Positions 13,968-24,641 of a DNA stretch of 64,000 bases are shown piece by piece (within the stretch, counting starts at the first letter, position 1; every line of letters starts with the position of its first letter). The notes beneath the pieces are model-generated. The model did no database searches. It was not told the origin of the DNA and was given only the letters and a program-made list of their open reading frames with translations. Both the position numbers and the translations under genes were made by a program. The stretch comes from Eledone cirrhosa (Eukaryota), in NCBI GenBank assembly GCA_964016885.1, contig OZ024741.1:115134001-115198000 (forward strand). Reading direction: 5' to 3'.

Positions 13968-14404
13968 TATTTGTTTATTGAAAAAAACAAAGATTCAATA
14001 CAATAGGTCTGTTTGGGAACAGGTTTTGAATTGACCAATAGATAGATAGTGAGGGTCAGGATAGTAATATAGTAGTAGAAGAACCTTAAATTATGGGTAG
14101 AGGAAGGTAGATTTCAGTTTTGGATGGAAAAGAATATTATGAATGAAGGATTATTTTAGGGAAGAAATAGGTCTTATGCTGACCTCAGAAATAATTTTAT
14201 TTTTTCATTGAATAAAACCAACAAAGATCTAATATATTCTGTCTGTTTGGTAAGAGGTTTAGAATTAACCAATAGAAAGTTAATAATTGGCCAAATGGTA
14301 AAATAGTAGTAATTGAAGCTTATTTTAGGGGTGAAAATAGGTCAGGTGGTCAGTAAAAGGTATACAAGCAGTTGCTGTTATAAAATAGTAATGCCAATAC
14401 AAAT

Positions 14405-14672
14405 TTTTAAAAATGCCGCACTAGCTAATACAACATCTCTAGCTGAAATAATAAATAGTTATAGAAAGAGGAATATAGAATATGACCTGACCTGGAGTGT
14501 GCTCAAAAGGGCCACCCCTTATCAAAATAGTAGAAATGAATGTAGATTATGTTCCCAAGAACTTTTTGAAATAATGAAATCTAAGGATATCCTATTAAAT
14601 AAGCGACAGGAATTAATAATATCGTGTAATCATAAACTGAGAAAAACCTTTAAATATTATAAACCTAATTAA
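14405..14672 (+). pseudogene. PLE GIY-YIG endonuclease C-terminal remnant
   Basis: TSLAEII..LTWSVLKRATPY..CRLCSQE..LLNKRQELIISCNHK parallels the C-terminus of the PLE B ORF. Confidence 0.8.
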
Positions 14673-14899
14673 TATACACTTTAGAAATTAATATATGAAC
14701 TATTTGTAATTTAGTCAACCTATAATTAATATTCTACTACTGATGAACTACATAATTTTGCTTTCCTTCTTACAAATATCATTTCCTAAAACTGATACCA
14801 TTAAGTAAACATATATAATGCTTTAACTTCAGGTTATGACTCTATGTTCTTATATTTACTATTTCTCACTAATAAATTTAATCCCCCCCCACCCAATAA

Positions 14900-14970
14900 T
14901 TATATGTATATATAAGTGTATATGTATGAGTATATGTAAGTGTATGTATGTATATATGCATGTATATATC

Positions 14971-15063
<93 letters not shown>

Positions 15064-15139
15064 ATATATATGTATATATATATATGTGTGTATATGTGTG
15101 TGTGTATGTGTATATATATGTATATATATATATATATAA

Positions 15140-15201
<62 letters not shown>

Positions 15202-15247
15202 ATGTGTATATATATATATGTATAAATATATATATATATATATATAT
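14900..15247. repeat. (TA)n/(TG)n compound microsatellite
   Basis: Directly visible. It is the source of the YI-repeat ORFs in the ORF track. Confidence 0.95.
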
Positions 15248-15878
15248 TGTTTTTATATTCTTTTCATTTCCCTCATCTTTAACAGCACTTTTCAACTGCA
15301 TCTAACTCTTATTTATCATATCTATATGTATTAGTATAATTTTATCAATATAAATATACCCATCAATTAAATTAATTTATATTCTTTTCACAGATGTATT
15401 TTTTTCACTAACATTCTTATCTTAAAAATTAGTCACCAGATATTTGTATTGGCATTACTATTTTATAACAGCAACTGCTTGTATATCTTTTACTGACCAC
15501 CTGACCTATTTTCACCCCTAAAATAAGCTTCAATTACTACTATTTTACCATTTGGCCAATTATTAACTTTCTATTGGTTAATTCTAAACCTCTTACCAAA
15601 CAGACAGAATATATTAGATCTTTGTTGGTTTTATTCAATGAAAAAATAAAATTATTTCTGAGGTCAGCATAAGACCTATTTCTTCCCTAAAATAATCCTT
15701 CATTCATAATATTCTTTTCCATCCAAAACTGAAATCTACCTTCCTCTACCCATAATTTAAGGTTCTTCTACTACTATATTACTATCCTGACCCTCACTAT
15801 CTATCTATTGGTCAATTCAAAACCTGTTCCCAAACAGACCTATTGTATTGAATCTTTGTTTTTTTCAATAAACAAATA

Positions 15879-16029
15879 TCATTATTTCTGAAGAGAGCAT
15901 ATATATGTGTAGGTAGGTATATTCTCTCTGATAGTTTGTATAAATATTGTAAATATTGTACATAGATCTATAGAATATGCATACCAACTCTGACACATAT
16001 ATATCCTAGAAACGATCGTAAAATGATGA
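15879..16029 (+). ncRNA. Type I hammerhead ribozyme with very long stem II (PLE A 3' end)
   Basis: Stem I TCATTATTT/AAATGATGA, CTGAAGA at 15888-15894, stem II ATATATATGTGT/ACACATATATAT, GAAAC-GATC-GTA at 16009-16020. Confidence 0.65.
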
Positions 16030-16082
16030 ATTTTTTTAATATAAGGAACTGTTTCTTTGTTTATTCATTATTTTATTAATTT

Positions 16083-16142
<60 letters not shown>

Positions 16143-16607
16143 TAAAAGAGAAAATACAGGTAAGCATTAAGAGAAGGATTTAATCCAGGTATTTACGACC
16201 GTTTCATTGGTAAGTGCAACCTTATATTGCTATACTGCAAATAGCAGCCACTCAATTATAATTGTTGTTCACAGTCCAAATTTTCAAAATAGTGAGTTAC
16301 TCTTGAAATAGTTCTTAATATATAGAGAAAAACATTTATTTGGAATTGTATTTACTAGTATATATAGAGAGGAATCAGGAAGTGAGTGGACAGACGGCAT
16401 AGTATAGAGAGAGAGAGGAAGGGGGAAGAGGTAGGAAGTAGAATGACAAACTGAGGTGGAGGTAGGGGTAGAGGTGGAAGGATTCTTTGGTCAGTTTTGA
16501 TAGCAGACATCATGTCGTGGAGTGTAGTGAGTTAAAGAGAATTAAATAGATAATAGTGGGGGGGATGGATAGAGAGGGAGAGAGAGAGGTGGGGGAGATA
16601 TAAAGAG

Positions 16608-16665
<58 letters not shown>

Positions 16666-16874
16666 ATACACTTACATATATATACACACACAAACACACA
16701 TACATATATATATATATTGGAATAAATGCTCTGAAATAGCGATATATATGTGAATATAGACATAGAATATTCGAAAATATTCTGTATGTTTATAATAAAC
16801 ATTTTGAAGACCTAATCGCTATAGAATAGAATACGTCACGTATTACAATTAGATTCTCGATAAAAGCAAGGGAA

Positions 16875-16917
16875 GTAATCTACGCGTTTCATTCTTGTTA
16901 GAAATCATCAGGACTAC
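16875..16917 (-). ncRNA. Type I hammerhead ribozyme (array unit)
   Basis: Reverse complement of GTAGTC-CTGATGA-TTTCTAACAAGAAT-GAAAC-GC-GTA-GATTAC. Confidence 0.85.
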
Positions 16918-17184
16918 ATATCCAGTGCTTTTATCGAGAATGACACAGCTAGAGACTTATAGAATACTTAGCTGTGTACAGGAACTGGTTTGAAAGAGCG
17001 GTTGCCGGTCCGGCAGAAATTAGAAATTGGAATAAATGCTCTGAAATAGCGATATATATGTGAATATAGACATAGAATATTCGAAAATATTCTGTATGTT
17101 TATAATAAACATTTTGAAGACCTAATCGCTATAGAATAGAATACGTCACGTATTACAATTAGATTCTCGATAAAAGCAAGGGAA

Positions 17185-17227
17185 GTAATCTACGCGTTTC
17201 ATTCTTGTTAGAAATCATCAGGACTAC
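17185..17227 (-). ncRNA. Type I hammerhead ribozyme (array unit)
   Basis: Identical to 16875-16917, 310 bp away. Confidence 0.85.
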
Positions 17228-17638
17228 ATATCCAGTGCTTTTATCGAGAATGACACAGCTAGAGACTTATAGAATACTTAGCTGTGTACAGGAACTGGTT
17301 TGAAAGAGCGGTTGCCGGTCCGGCAGAAATTAGAAATTGGAAATCTAACAAGAATGAAACGCGTAGATTACTTCCCTTGCTTTTATCGAGAATCTAATTG
17401 TAATACGTGACGTATTCTATTCTATAGCGATTAGGTCTTCAAAATGTTTATTATAAACATACAGAATATTTTCGAATATTCTATGTCTATATTCACATAT
17501 ATATCGCTATTTCAGAGCATTTATTCCAATTTCTAATTTCTGCCGGACCGGCAACCGCTCTTTCAAACCAGTTCCTGTACACAGCTAAGTATTCTATAAG
17601 TCTCTAGCTGTGTCATTCTCGATAAAAGCACTGGATAT

Positions 17639-17681
17639 GTAGTCCTGATGATTTCTAACAAGAATGAAACGCGTAGATTAC
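17639..17681 (+). ncRNA. Type I hammerhead ribozyme (array unit)
   Basis: Stem I GTAGTC/GATTAC, CTGATGA 17645-17651, stem II TTCT/AGAA, GAAAC 17666-17670, palindromic stem III ACGCGT, GUA cleavage after 17675. Stem I is extended by 16 bp (17615-17630 with 17688-17703). Confidence 0.88.
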
Positions 17682-17948
17682 TTCCCTTGCTTTTATCGAG
17701 AATCTAATTGTAATACGTGACGTATTCTATTCTATAGCGATTAGGTCTTCAAAATGTTTATTATAAACATACAGAATATTTTCGAATATTCTATGTCTAT
17801 ATTCACATATATATCGCTATTTCAGAGCATTTATTCCAATTTCTAATTTCTGCCGGACCGGCAACCGCTCTTTCAAACCAGTTCCTGTACACAGCTAAGT
17901 ATTCTATAAATCTCTAGCTGTGTCATTCTCGATAAAAGCACTGGATAT

Positions 17949-17991
17949 GTAGTCCTGATGATTTCTAACAAGAATGAAACGCGTAGATTAC
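17949..17991 (+). ncRNA. Type I hammerhead ribozyme (array unit)
   Basis: Identical to 17639-17681; predicted cleavage after 17985. Confidence 0.88.
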
Positions 17992-18108
17992 TTCCCTTGC
18001 TTTTATCGAGAATCTAATTGTAATACGTGACGTATTCTATTCTATAGCGATTAGGTCTTCAAAATGTTTATTATAAACATACAGAATATTTTCGAATATT
18101 CTATGTCT

Positions 18109-18186
<78 letters not shown>

Positions 18187-18234
18187 TACACACACACACA
18201 AACACATATACACACATATATATATACATATATA

Positions 18235-20016
18235 TACTCATCTATATCCCCCAACACCTTGGATAAAGCCTTAGCATTCGCCAAAGCCAATTCTGACATA
18301 ACAGACGACGAGATAAAAATCATATTAGCTGCTAGGAAAACAATAATTAAATTTGAAAACGCCTATTGGGAACGTAAGGATAGATTAAATAACTTTGACA
18401 TCACGATGGGGGCTAACGACTCGGCTCAAGTCACAGACTTAGTAGGTATTTACATAGCCCATAGTTTACAAAGCGAGTTTAGCGACCTTCACGGTGGAAT
18501 CTACAGAGACGACGCGCTTCTCCTAGTTAAGAACCTAAATAACCAGAGCATAGAAAGACTCCGTAAGAATATTAGAAAGACTCTCGGAAAACTAGACCTT
18601 AGCATAACGTACGAGTATAGCACTAAAACAGTTAACTTTCTAGATGTGACGCTTAACCTAAATACGGGGCTTATAAGACCTTTTCACAAGATTAATGAAA
18701 ACTTAGCATACATCAACTGTAACTCAAACCACCCACTATCAATAATTAAATCCATTCCACGCAACATATCCCTTAGGATCTCCCGCCTCTCATCTAACCG
18801 GCAAATCTTCGAAGAACATGTAGAATACTACAATACCGCATTAGACAAGGCAGGCCATTTAGATAGAGTAGAATATATAGATGAAAGCCTCTGTGAAGCA
18901 CACACGAACACGCATAACACAAACTCCAGAAACACACGTATACACACATTTACGCATAGAACTGCAAAGTATACAGCTAATAGAAGTACAACATCGAAAT
19001 CAAACAAGTCACGCAGTAGAAAATATATTTGGTATAACCCCATATTTAACACCTCTATTAGTACTAACCTACCCTCTACTTTCTTTAGAATAATAAATAG
19101 GCACTTTCCAGATTCACATAGATACAGAAACATCCTTAACACTAAATCTATTAGACTATCCTACTCCACGGCACCAAATATAGAAGCACACATTAAGATG
19201 CTTAACGCTAAAAAGATACATAACAACACCAAAACACAAATTCACAACAATAACAATACAATTACCATCGAACACAACAGATTATATAATAAACAACCAC
19301 CCGCTAATAGGCAAACAAAACGTAACACACTTGTTCAGACATCGCAGCCCACAAATAATGCCAAAGTTGCCCATAACAAGAAATGCAACTGCCACCTACC
19401 TGAAACCTGTCCATTACAAAATGAATGTATGCAGTCTAACCTGGTTTACCAATGCACAGTGGAATCAGACAACCAGAAATGGTATTACATCGGAGCGACT
19501 GGGAATACTTTTAAAGCTCGTTGGTATACACACCGTTACGCAATGAAACATTCCCAGCAACGTTATATAACTACCCTTTAGGGCGGTGGATTGGCTGTAT
19601 CGGTAGAGGGTTTGACGCCATGCTTTCCAGCATAGTTACGTCCCTTTATGATCTGAGTTCAAATCCCGCCGAGGTTGACTTTGCCTTTCATCCTTACGGG
19701 GTCGATAAAATAAAGTACCAGTAATGCACTGGGTAATTGCTGGCCTTGTGCCTAAAGTAGAAACAGTTATGTAACTACTCTTGCAAACAAGACCTGGCAA
19801 CTGAGGGAAAGTAACCATCAATACACCCTGAAGTGGAAAAAATTATCAAACGCGCCCCCATATCGGAGTGGTATGAGAAGCTGTCGATTATGCGACCTTG
19901 AGCTGTTCCACATCTTAAGTTCGAAGAATAGGTTACTCAACAATAAAATTGAGAGATCAATTTATTGTAACCATAGACTCAAAGATAAATTTTCGCACTA
20001 CAAATCGAACACTTAA
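18235..20016 (+). pseudogene. PLE B RT + GIY-YIG ORF (Naiad-like cysteine motifs), 5'-truncated and SINE-interrupted
   Basis: YSSI, FDITMGAND, GIYRDDA, VNFLDVTL, SNHP, CNC-x5-CPL-x3-C, VY..YYIG..FKARW. The frame resumes at 19783 (WKKLSNAPPY..CRLC..LLNNKIE..CNHR) and ends at TAA 20014-20016. Confidence 0.9.
19579..19765 (+). mobile_element. tRNA-derived SINE (family 1) with 17-bp TSD inside the PLE B ORF
   Basis: B box GAGTTCAAATCC. TSD GTTATATAACTACCCTT (19562-19578) vs GTTATGTAACTACTCTT (19766-19782). Confidence 0.85.
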
Positions 20017-20316
20017 CCTCTTACTACCAACTGACAAACTGCATATACTTAGACTTTATACCCTCTTATATCTAGACCCTTTAATTACCCACAAAACCAA
20101 TACATATATCCCCCCCTTCTCTCTCATTCCTCTTCTATTTCTTCGTTTTCTTCCTTCCTTCCTACCCCCTTCTTGGCTATCTTTTCTTTTCTTCCTTCTC
20201 ACCCCCTTCTTTGCTTTTATTTTTGTCATTATTATCTTTATTTTTTATTTTTTATATATATATATATATGTGTATATATATATGTGTGTATATGTGTTTG
20301 GTGTGTGATTATGTAT

Positions 20317-20350
<34 letters not shown>

Positions 20351-20381
20351 TTGTGTGTGTATATATATGTATGTGTATGTA

Positions 20382-20412
<31 letters not shown>

Positions 20413-21009
20413 TTATCTCTTTATATCTCCCCCCCTCTCTCTCTCTCCCTCTCTATCATCCCTCCCACTATTATCTATTTAATTCTCTTTAACTCACTAC
20501 ACTCCACGACATGATGTCTGCTATCAAAACTGACCAAAGAATCCTTCCACCTCTACCCCTACCTCCACCTCAGTTTGTCATTCTACTTCCTACCTCTTCC
20601 CCCTTCCTCTCTCTCTCTATACTATGCCGTCTGTCCCCTCACTCCCTGATTCCTCTCTCTATATACTAGTAAATACAATTCCAAATAAATGTTTTTCTCT
20701 ATATATTAAGAACTATTTCAAGAGTAACTCACTATTTTGAAAATTTGTACTGTGAACAATTATAATTGAGTGGCTGCTATTTGCAGTATAGCAATATAAG
20801 GTTGCACTTACCAATGAAACGGTCGTAAATACCTGGATTAAATCCTTCTCTTAATGCTTACCTGTGTTTTCTCTTTTATACTTTATACTCCAAGATTGAA
20901 CGGAATTCTTACAAACTTGTGGAGTTACCCCTAACCGTGCGTTGAAACCATCCATGAAACTGGCTTTCTTAACCACGAACTGGATCACAATAAGCAATTT
21001 TTTGCTTCT

Positions 21010-21047
<38 letters not shown>

Positions 21048-21283
21048 GAATGTAGGTTGTATCCACCGACACACACACATATATTTATATATATTTATAT
21101 ATATATATATATTTAATACATTAACAGAGAAAGCTTTAAGCGATACTCTGACCAACTCCATCTCACTCAACAAACATTAGGGTATAATCCCAATTTAGTG
21201 TTTGGGGTGCTAACTATACAGTATTCCGTGGATAGCTGGTTGTATTATTTTATGAGACATAATTAAATAAATTTCTCTTTCCT

Positions 21284-21406
21284 TCCATACGATCGTTTCG
21301 TTATAAGATTTCTACAAGTTGGGATAAATAGTGTGCAGGTTATGTAGAAACTTGTATATAATCCATAGATATACACACAAGCGGGCCCTTATAACTCATC
21401 AGTGGA
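21284..21406 (-). ncRNA. Type I hammerhead ribozyme with 80-nt insertion in the stem II loop
   Basis: Minus strand: TCCA-CTGATGA-GTTATAAG-[80 nt]-CTTATAAC-GAAAC-GATC-GTA-TGGA. All stems are perfect. Confidence 0.8.
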
Positions 21407-21869
21407 TGCCCATTCAATATCGATATAAAAAACTACATCGACATTAATAAAATAGTGATGGTCCCCGTCAGTGCTAAAAGGACAGCTAGGTTTGAAAAGC
21501 CAGTAGTCCTTCAAAAAGAAAATTCACACTGTCCCCAAAAGGGAAAGGGGGGCGGGTCATCGTAAAATATAAAATAATATAGACGGTGGTCATTGAAGCC
21601 TGTTAGGTATTTTAACCACGTGTTTAAGAACTCAATTGGATATAAAAAATATATGTATGTACCATCAACACACACAGAGATATTAAAAAAAATAATAATA
21701 AATATAAGTACGCACCATCTATACACACATAGAGATATTTTCTCAGGCAAAAATATCAGACATGAGATATAGGAAAAAGCAATCAATATTTCATATAAAG
21801 AATAAATAAAGAAAGTCATACCTAAATAGCTGGAATTTTCATATCTGGCATAAATATATATATATATAT

Positions 21870-22026
21870 AACGAAGGAGTTGTGGTAAGGAACCAGATGG
21901 ACCATAACGCACAGAGTACTCAATGCTTAGGGTACTAGAGTGGGTATAAGGAAAATGTATGACCCCGACGGCAGAGCTCAAGCCGTTTCGACGGCTATTT
22001 CTGTACTAGTCGGGGTCATACATTTT

Positions 22027-22030
<4 letters not shown>
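21870..22030. repeat. Short TA-flanked hairpin element; related copies at 25810-25985, 34379-34570, 45060-45235 and 54055-54250
   Basis: TAGGAAAATGTATGACCCCGAC and its reverse complement, plus a shared ~80-bp tail. Confidence 0.75.
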
Positions 22031-22088
<58 letters not shown>

Positions 22089-22585
22089 AAGACATACACA
22101 TGCTCACATACTCACACAGATGCACGTATACTGAATACACACTTTTTTCCGTTCCTTCCTCTTCTCACTTTATCTTTCTATTTCATGTTTTATTTCTCAT
22201 TCTAACTTCCGATGAAAGAATAGTGTTCGAAAAGTGCACACTATTTTCCTATTATATCAAGCGTTCAACTAATATATTTCTATAGTGTACCGTGCTCTGA
22301 AATATATATAGAGCAAAGGAAGAACACATCAAGCGTTCGTTTTTGTTTTGAACCATTTCTTTTCCCAGTTTTAAAAGATGGTATTAGTCCTGAAATATTA
22401 TGTTGAAATATACTGAATAAAACATTACTTTGTTTTGTTTTATTTATCACTAGCTGGTACCATGCCGTCAAAAGTGACGGCTAATTGTAATATGGATATA
22501 TAATATAAAAAAGAGATGTTTGTTTGTTTGTTGGTTGGTTGGTTGGTTCCTTCACGCTCACTCACACAAGTGAGACAAACATACA

Positions 22586-22875
22586 AACCTTTCTCATTCA
22601 ACGTTATCACCCCTTCCCTCCTTAGTCGACATTATCACGCCTACATTTCTCATTCGAAGTTATCACCCCTTCCTTTCTCAGTCAACATCATCACCCTTCC
22701 TTTCTTAGTTGACGTTATCCTCCCTTCGTTTCTGAGTCGACGTTATCACACCTTCGTTTTTCCCTCGATGTTATCACCCTTCCATTCTCAGTTGACGTTA
22801 TCACCCCATCCTTTCTCAGTCGACGTTATCACTCCTTCCTTTCTCAGTTTCTCATCACCCCTTCCTTCGTCAGTC
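22586..22875. repeat. Minisatellite, ~28-bp unit (ACGTTATCACCCCTTCCTTTCTCAGTCG), about 9-10 diverged copies
   Basis: Contiguous units without spacers. Confidence 0.85.
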
Positions 22876-23137
22876 ATCCCTTGTCACGGACAGATCCACA
22901 AGGGTATTTATATTAGTACATTCTATGTCATTTATATATTTCTATCGCATTGTACCGGCGTTTTGAAACTTATCAGTCATTTATTGAATTTAGAACTTTT
23001 TGAAATCAAATGACGAGAATTAGAAAAGATAGGTGTGGAAAGTGGGAGAGAGAACTCTAGAGAGATGCTTACACATATGCACACGTACTGCATAATGCAG
23101 TATTCATACACTTATTTGCACGCTTACCACATAGTAG

Positions 23138-23220
<83 letters not shown>

Positions 23221-23660
23221 ACTACAAATTGATTGACATATAAATAACCATATGAAACAATCACAGGGGATAATTTGTAAAAGTGTGTAAGCACACATAG
23301 CTAGGTAGGTAACTAAATAAAGTTTAACTAGAGCTTCAAAAATAGATACCTTATAAAATGATTAATCTTCCTTGTATATATTCCATTAAAGAAATATATT
23401 TCACCAATTAATCGATTGGTAAACGACAGTAGTCAGATCCTAGATTTTCAACAAGGAAGAGGTTCAGCTATCTGTGTTTACGCATCAAATTCAAATCAGC
23501 GACTGGCTAGTAACACGTGCTGTATTTACTAAAAATACACACATCATACCAGCTTCGTACCGGTGGCGTGAATAGGTTTATCGACAACTAGAAACAGCAG
23601 TCAAGTCCTTTCACCTGAGTTAGCTCTACAATTAAGGGGCCGTATTTATATATATATATC

Positions 23661-23819
23661 CAAAATTAAGATAAATTAAATTAAGCGTGTCATGCCGGAT
23701 AGACATGCGCCATATCATTAGAATCTTGGAGCATATTTTACGAGTGATATGGCGCTTGTCTATCCGGCATGACACCCTTAATTTAATTAAATTTAATTTA
23801 ATTTAATTTATCTTAATTT

Positions 23820-23820
<1 letters not shown>
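23661..23820. repeat. TA-flanked inverted repeat
   Basis: GTGTCATGCCGGATAGACATGCGCCATATCA and TGATATGGCGCTTGTCTATCCGGCATGACAC arms with AT-rich extensions. Confidence 0.8.
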
Positions 23821-23893
<73 letters not shown>

Positions 23894-24160
23894 ACATTAA
23901 CAAATGGAAACTATATTTATAAAACCATATTTATTTCATTATACATATTTCAAGGGCCAGCAAGGCAGATTATGGTGCGCTTTCATCAGATAAAATATAA
24001 TATAGATTAGTTTTATAAATAAATATACGAGTGCTTTATATCAGTTATAAAAAATATTTATATATATATATATGTATGTATACACACACACACACATATA
24101 TATAAAATAATTAAGTCACATATGTAAAATTTGGCTTCGTTTATTACAAATTATAGATAT

Positions 24161-24215
24161 ACTGCTATATATATTTCGGTGACAGCCATCATTGGCTGTG
24201 ACCTCTTCAGGTAGT
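24161..24215 (-). ncRNA. Type I hammerhead ribozyme
   Basis: ACTAC-CTGAAGA-GGTCACAGCCA-ATGA-TGGCTGTCACC-GAAA-TATAT-ATA-GCAGT, with one stem I mismatch. Confidence 0.7.
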
Positions 24216-24418
24216 CCGAAATGGTTTGAGAAGAGAGGTACACATGTTGTTGAAGTGTGTTTTACTCCGTCAATCCATCGATATGTCCAGCTCCTGGTTG
24301 TGGTGTTCCAGTTCCTCAAAGAAATATCAATACTACCAGGAGCTGGACATATCGATGGATTGACGGAGTAAAACACACTTCAACAACATGTGTTCCTCTC
24401 TTTCCCACACCAATTCGG

Positions 24419-24473
24419 ACTGCCTGAAGACATCACAGCCAATGATGGCTGTCACCGAAATATATATAGCAGT
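24419..24473 (+). ncRNA. Type I hammerhead ribozyme
   Basis: Perfect stem I ACTGC/GCAGT, CTGAAGA 24424-24430, stem II ACAGCCA/TGGCTGT with a mutated base, GAAA 24457-24460. Confidence 0.7.
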
Positions 24474-24641
24474 ATATCTATAATTTGCAATAAACGAAGC
24501 CAAATTTTACATATTTGACTTAATTATTTTACATTATTCCGGAGTAAACAAACCAACATGCGTACTTCGTCGAGTGCTCCAATCTGCAAACTGAGGTGTC
24601 GGTAAACAACCAACAAATACTCAATATATATATATATATAT

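Larger units (their letters stand above)
13655..16084 (+). mobile_element. 5'-truncated Penelope-like element A with inverted copy of its 3' end
   Basis: Arms 13761-14404 and 15442-16084 are near-perfect reverse complements. They enclose a GIY-YIG C-terminal coding remnant and a microsatellite. Confidence 0.85.
16716..18110. mobile_element. Retrozyme-like array: 310-bp non-coding units, one hammerhead each; 2 units on - (16716-17341) and about 2.5 units on + (17344-18110)
   Basis: Exact 310-bp period (HHRs at 16875/17185 and 17639/17949), near-identical units, no credible ORF, (TA)n on both flanks. Confidence 0.85.
16140..21013 (+). mobile_element. Penelope-like element B (RT + GIY-YIG) with inverted 3' arm; hosts the HHR array and a SINE
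   Basis: 16140-16715 is the reverse complement of about 20320-20881. The arm appears to resume at about 18110-18232, then the ORF follows. Confidence 0.85.
24103..24531. mobile_element. Non-coding fold-back element (~196-bp arms, 36-bp spacer), one hammerhead per arm
   Basis: 24103-24298 is the reverse complement of 24335-24531. Confidence 0.8.

Noticed and set aside
14836-15334. ORFs rich in YI/HT/CV/ER repeats here and throughout the window
   Set aside because: They are translations of (TA)n, (CA)n and (GA)n microsatellites, not genes.
20700-20835. HHR in the PLE B 3' end (GAAAC-GGTC-GTA-AATAC; mirror near 16190-16207)
   Set aside because: The 3' half fits, but I found no intact CTGANGA or matching stem II upstream.
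22205-22245. CCGATGA...GAAA as an HHR
   Set aside because: Mutated core and no convincing stems.
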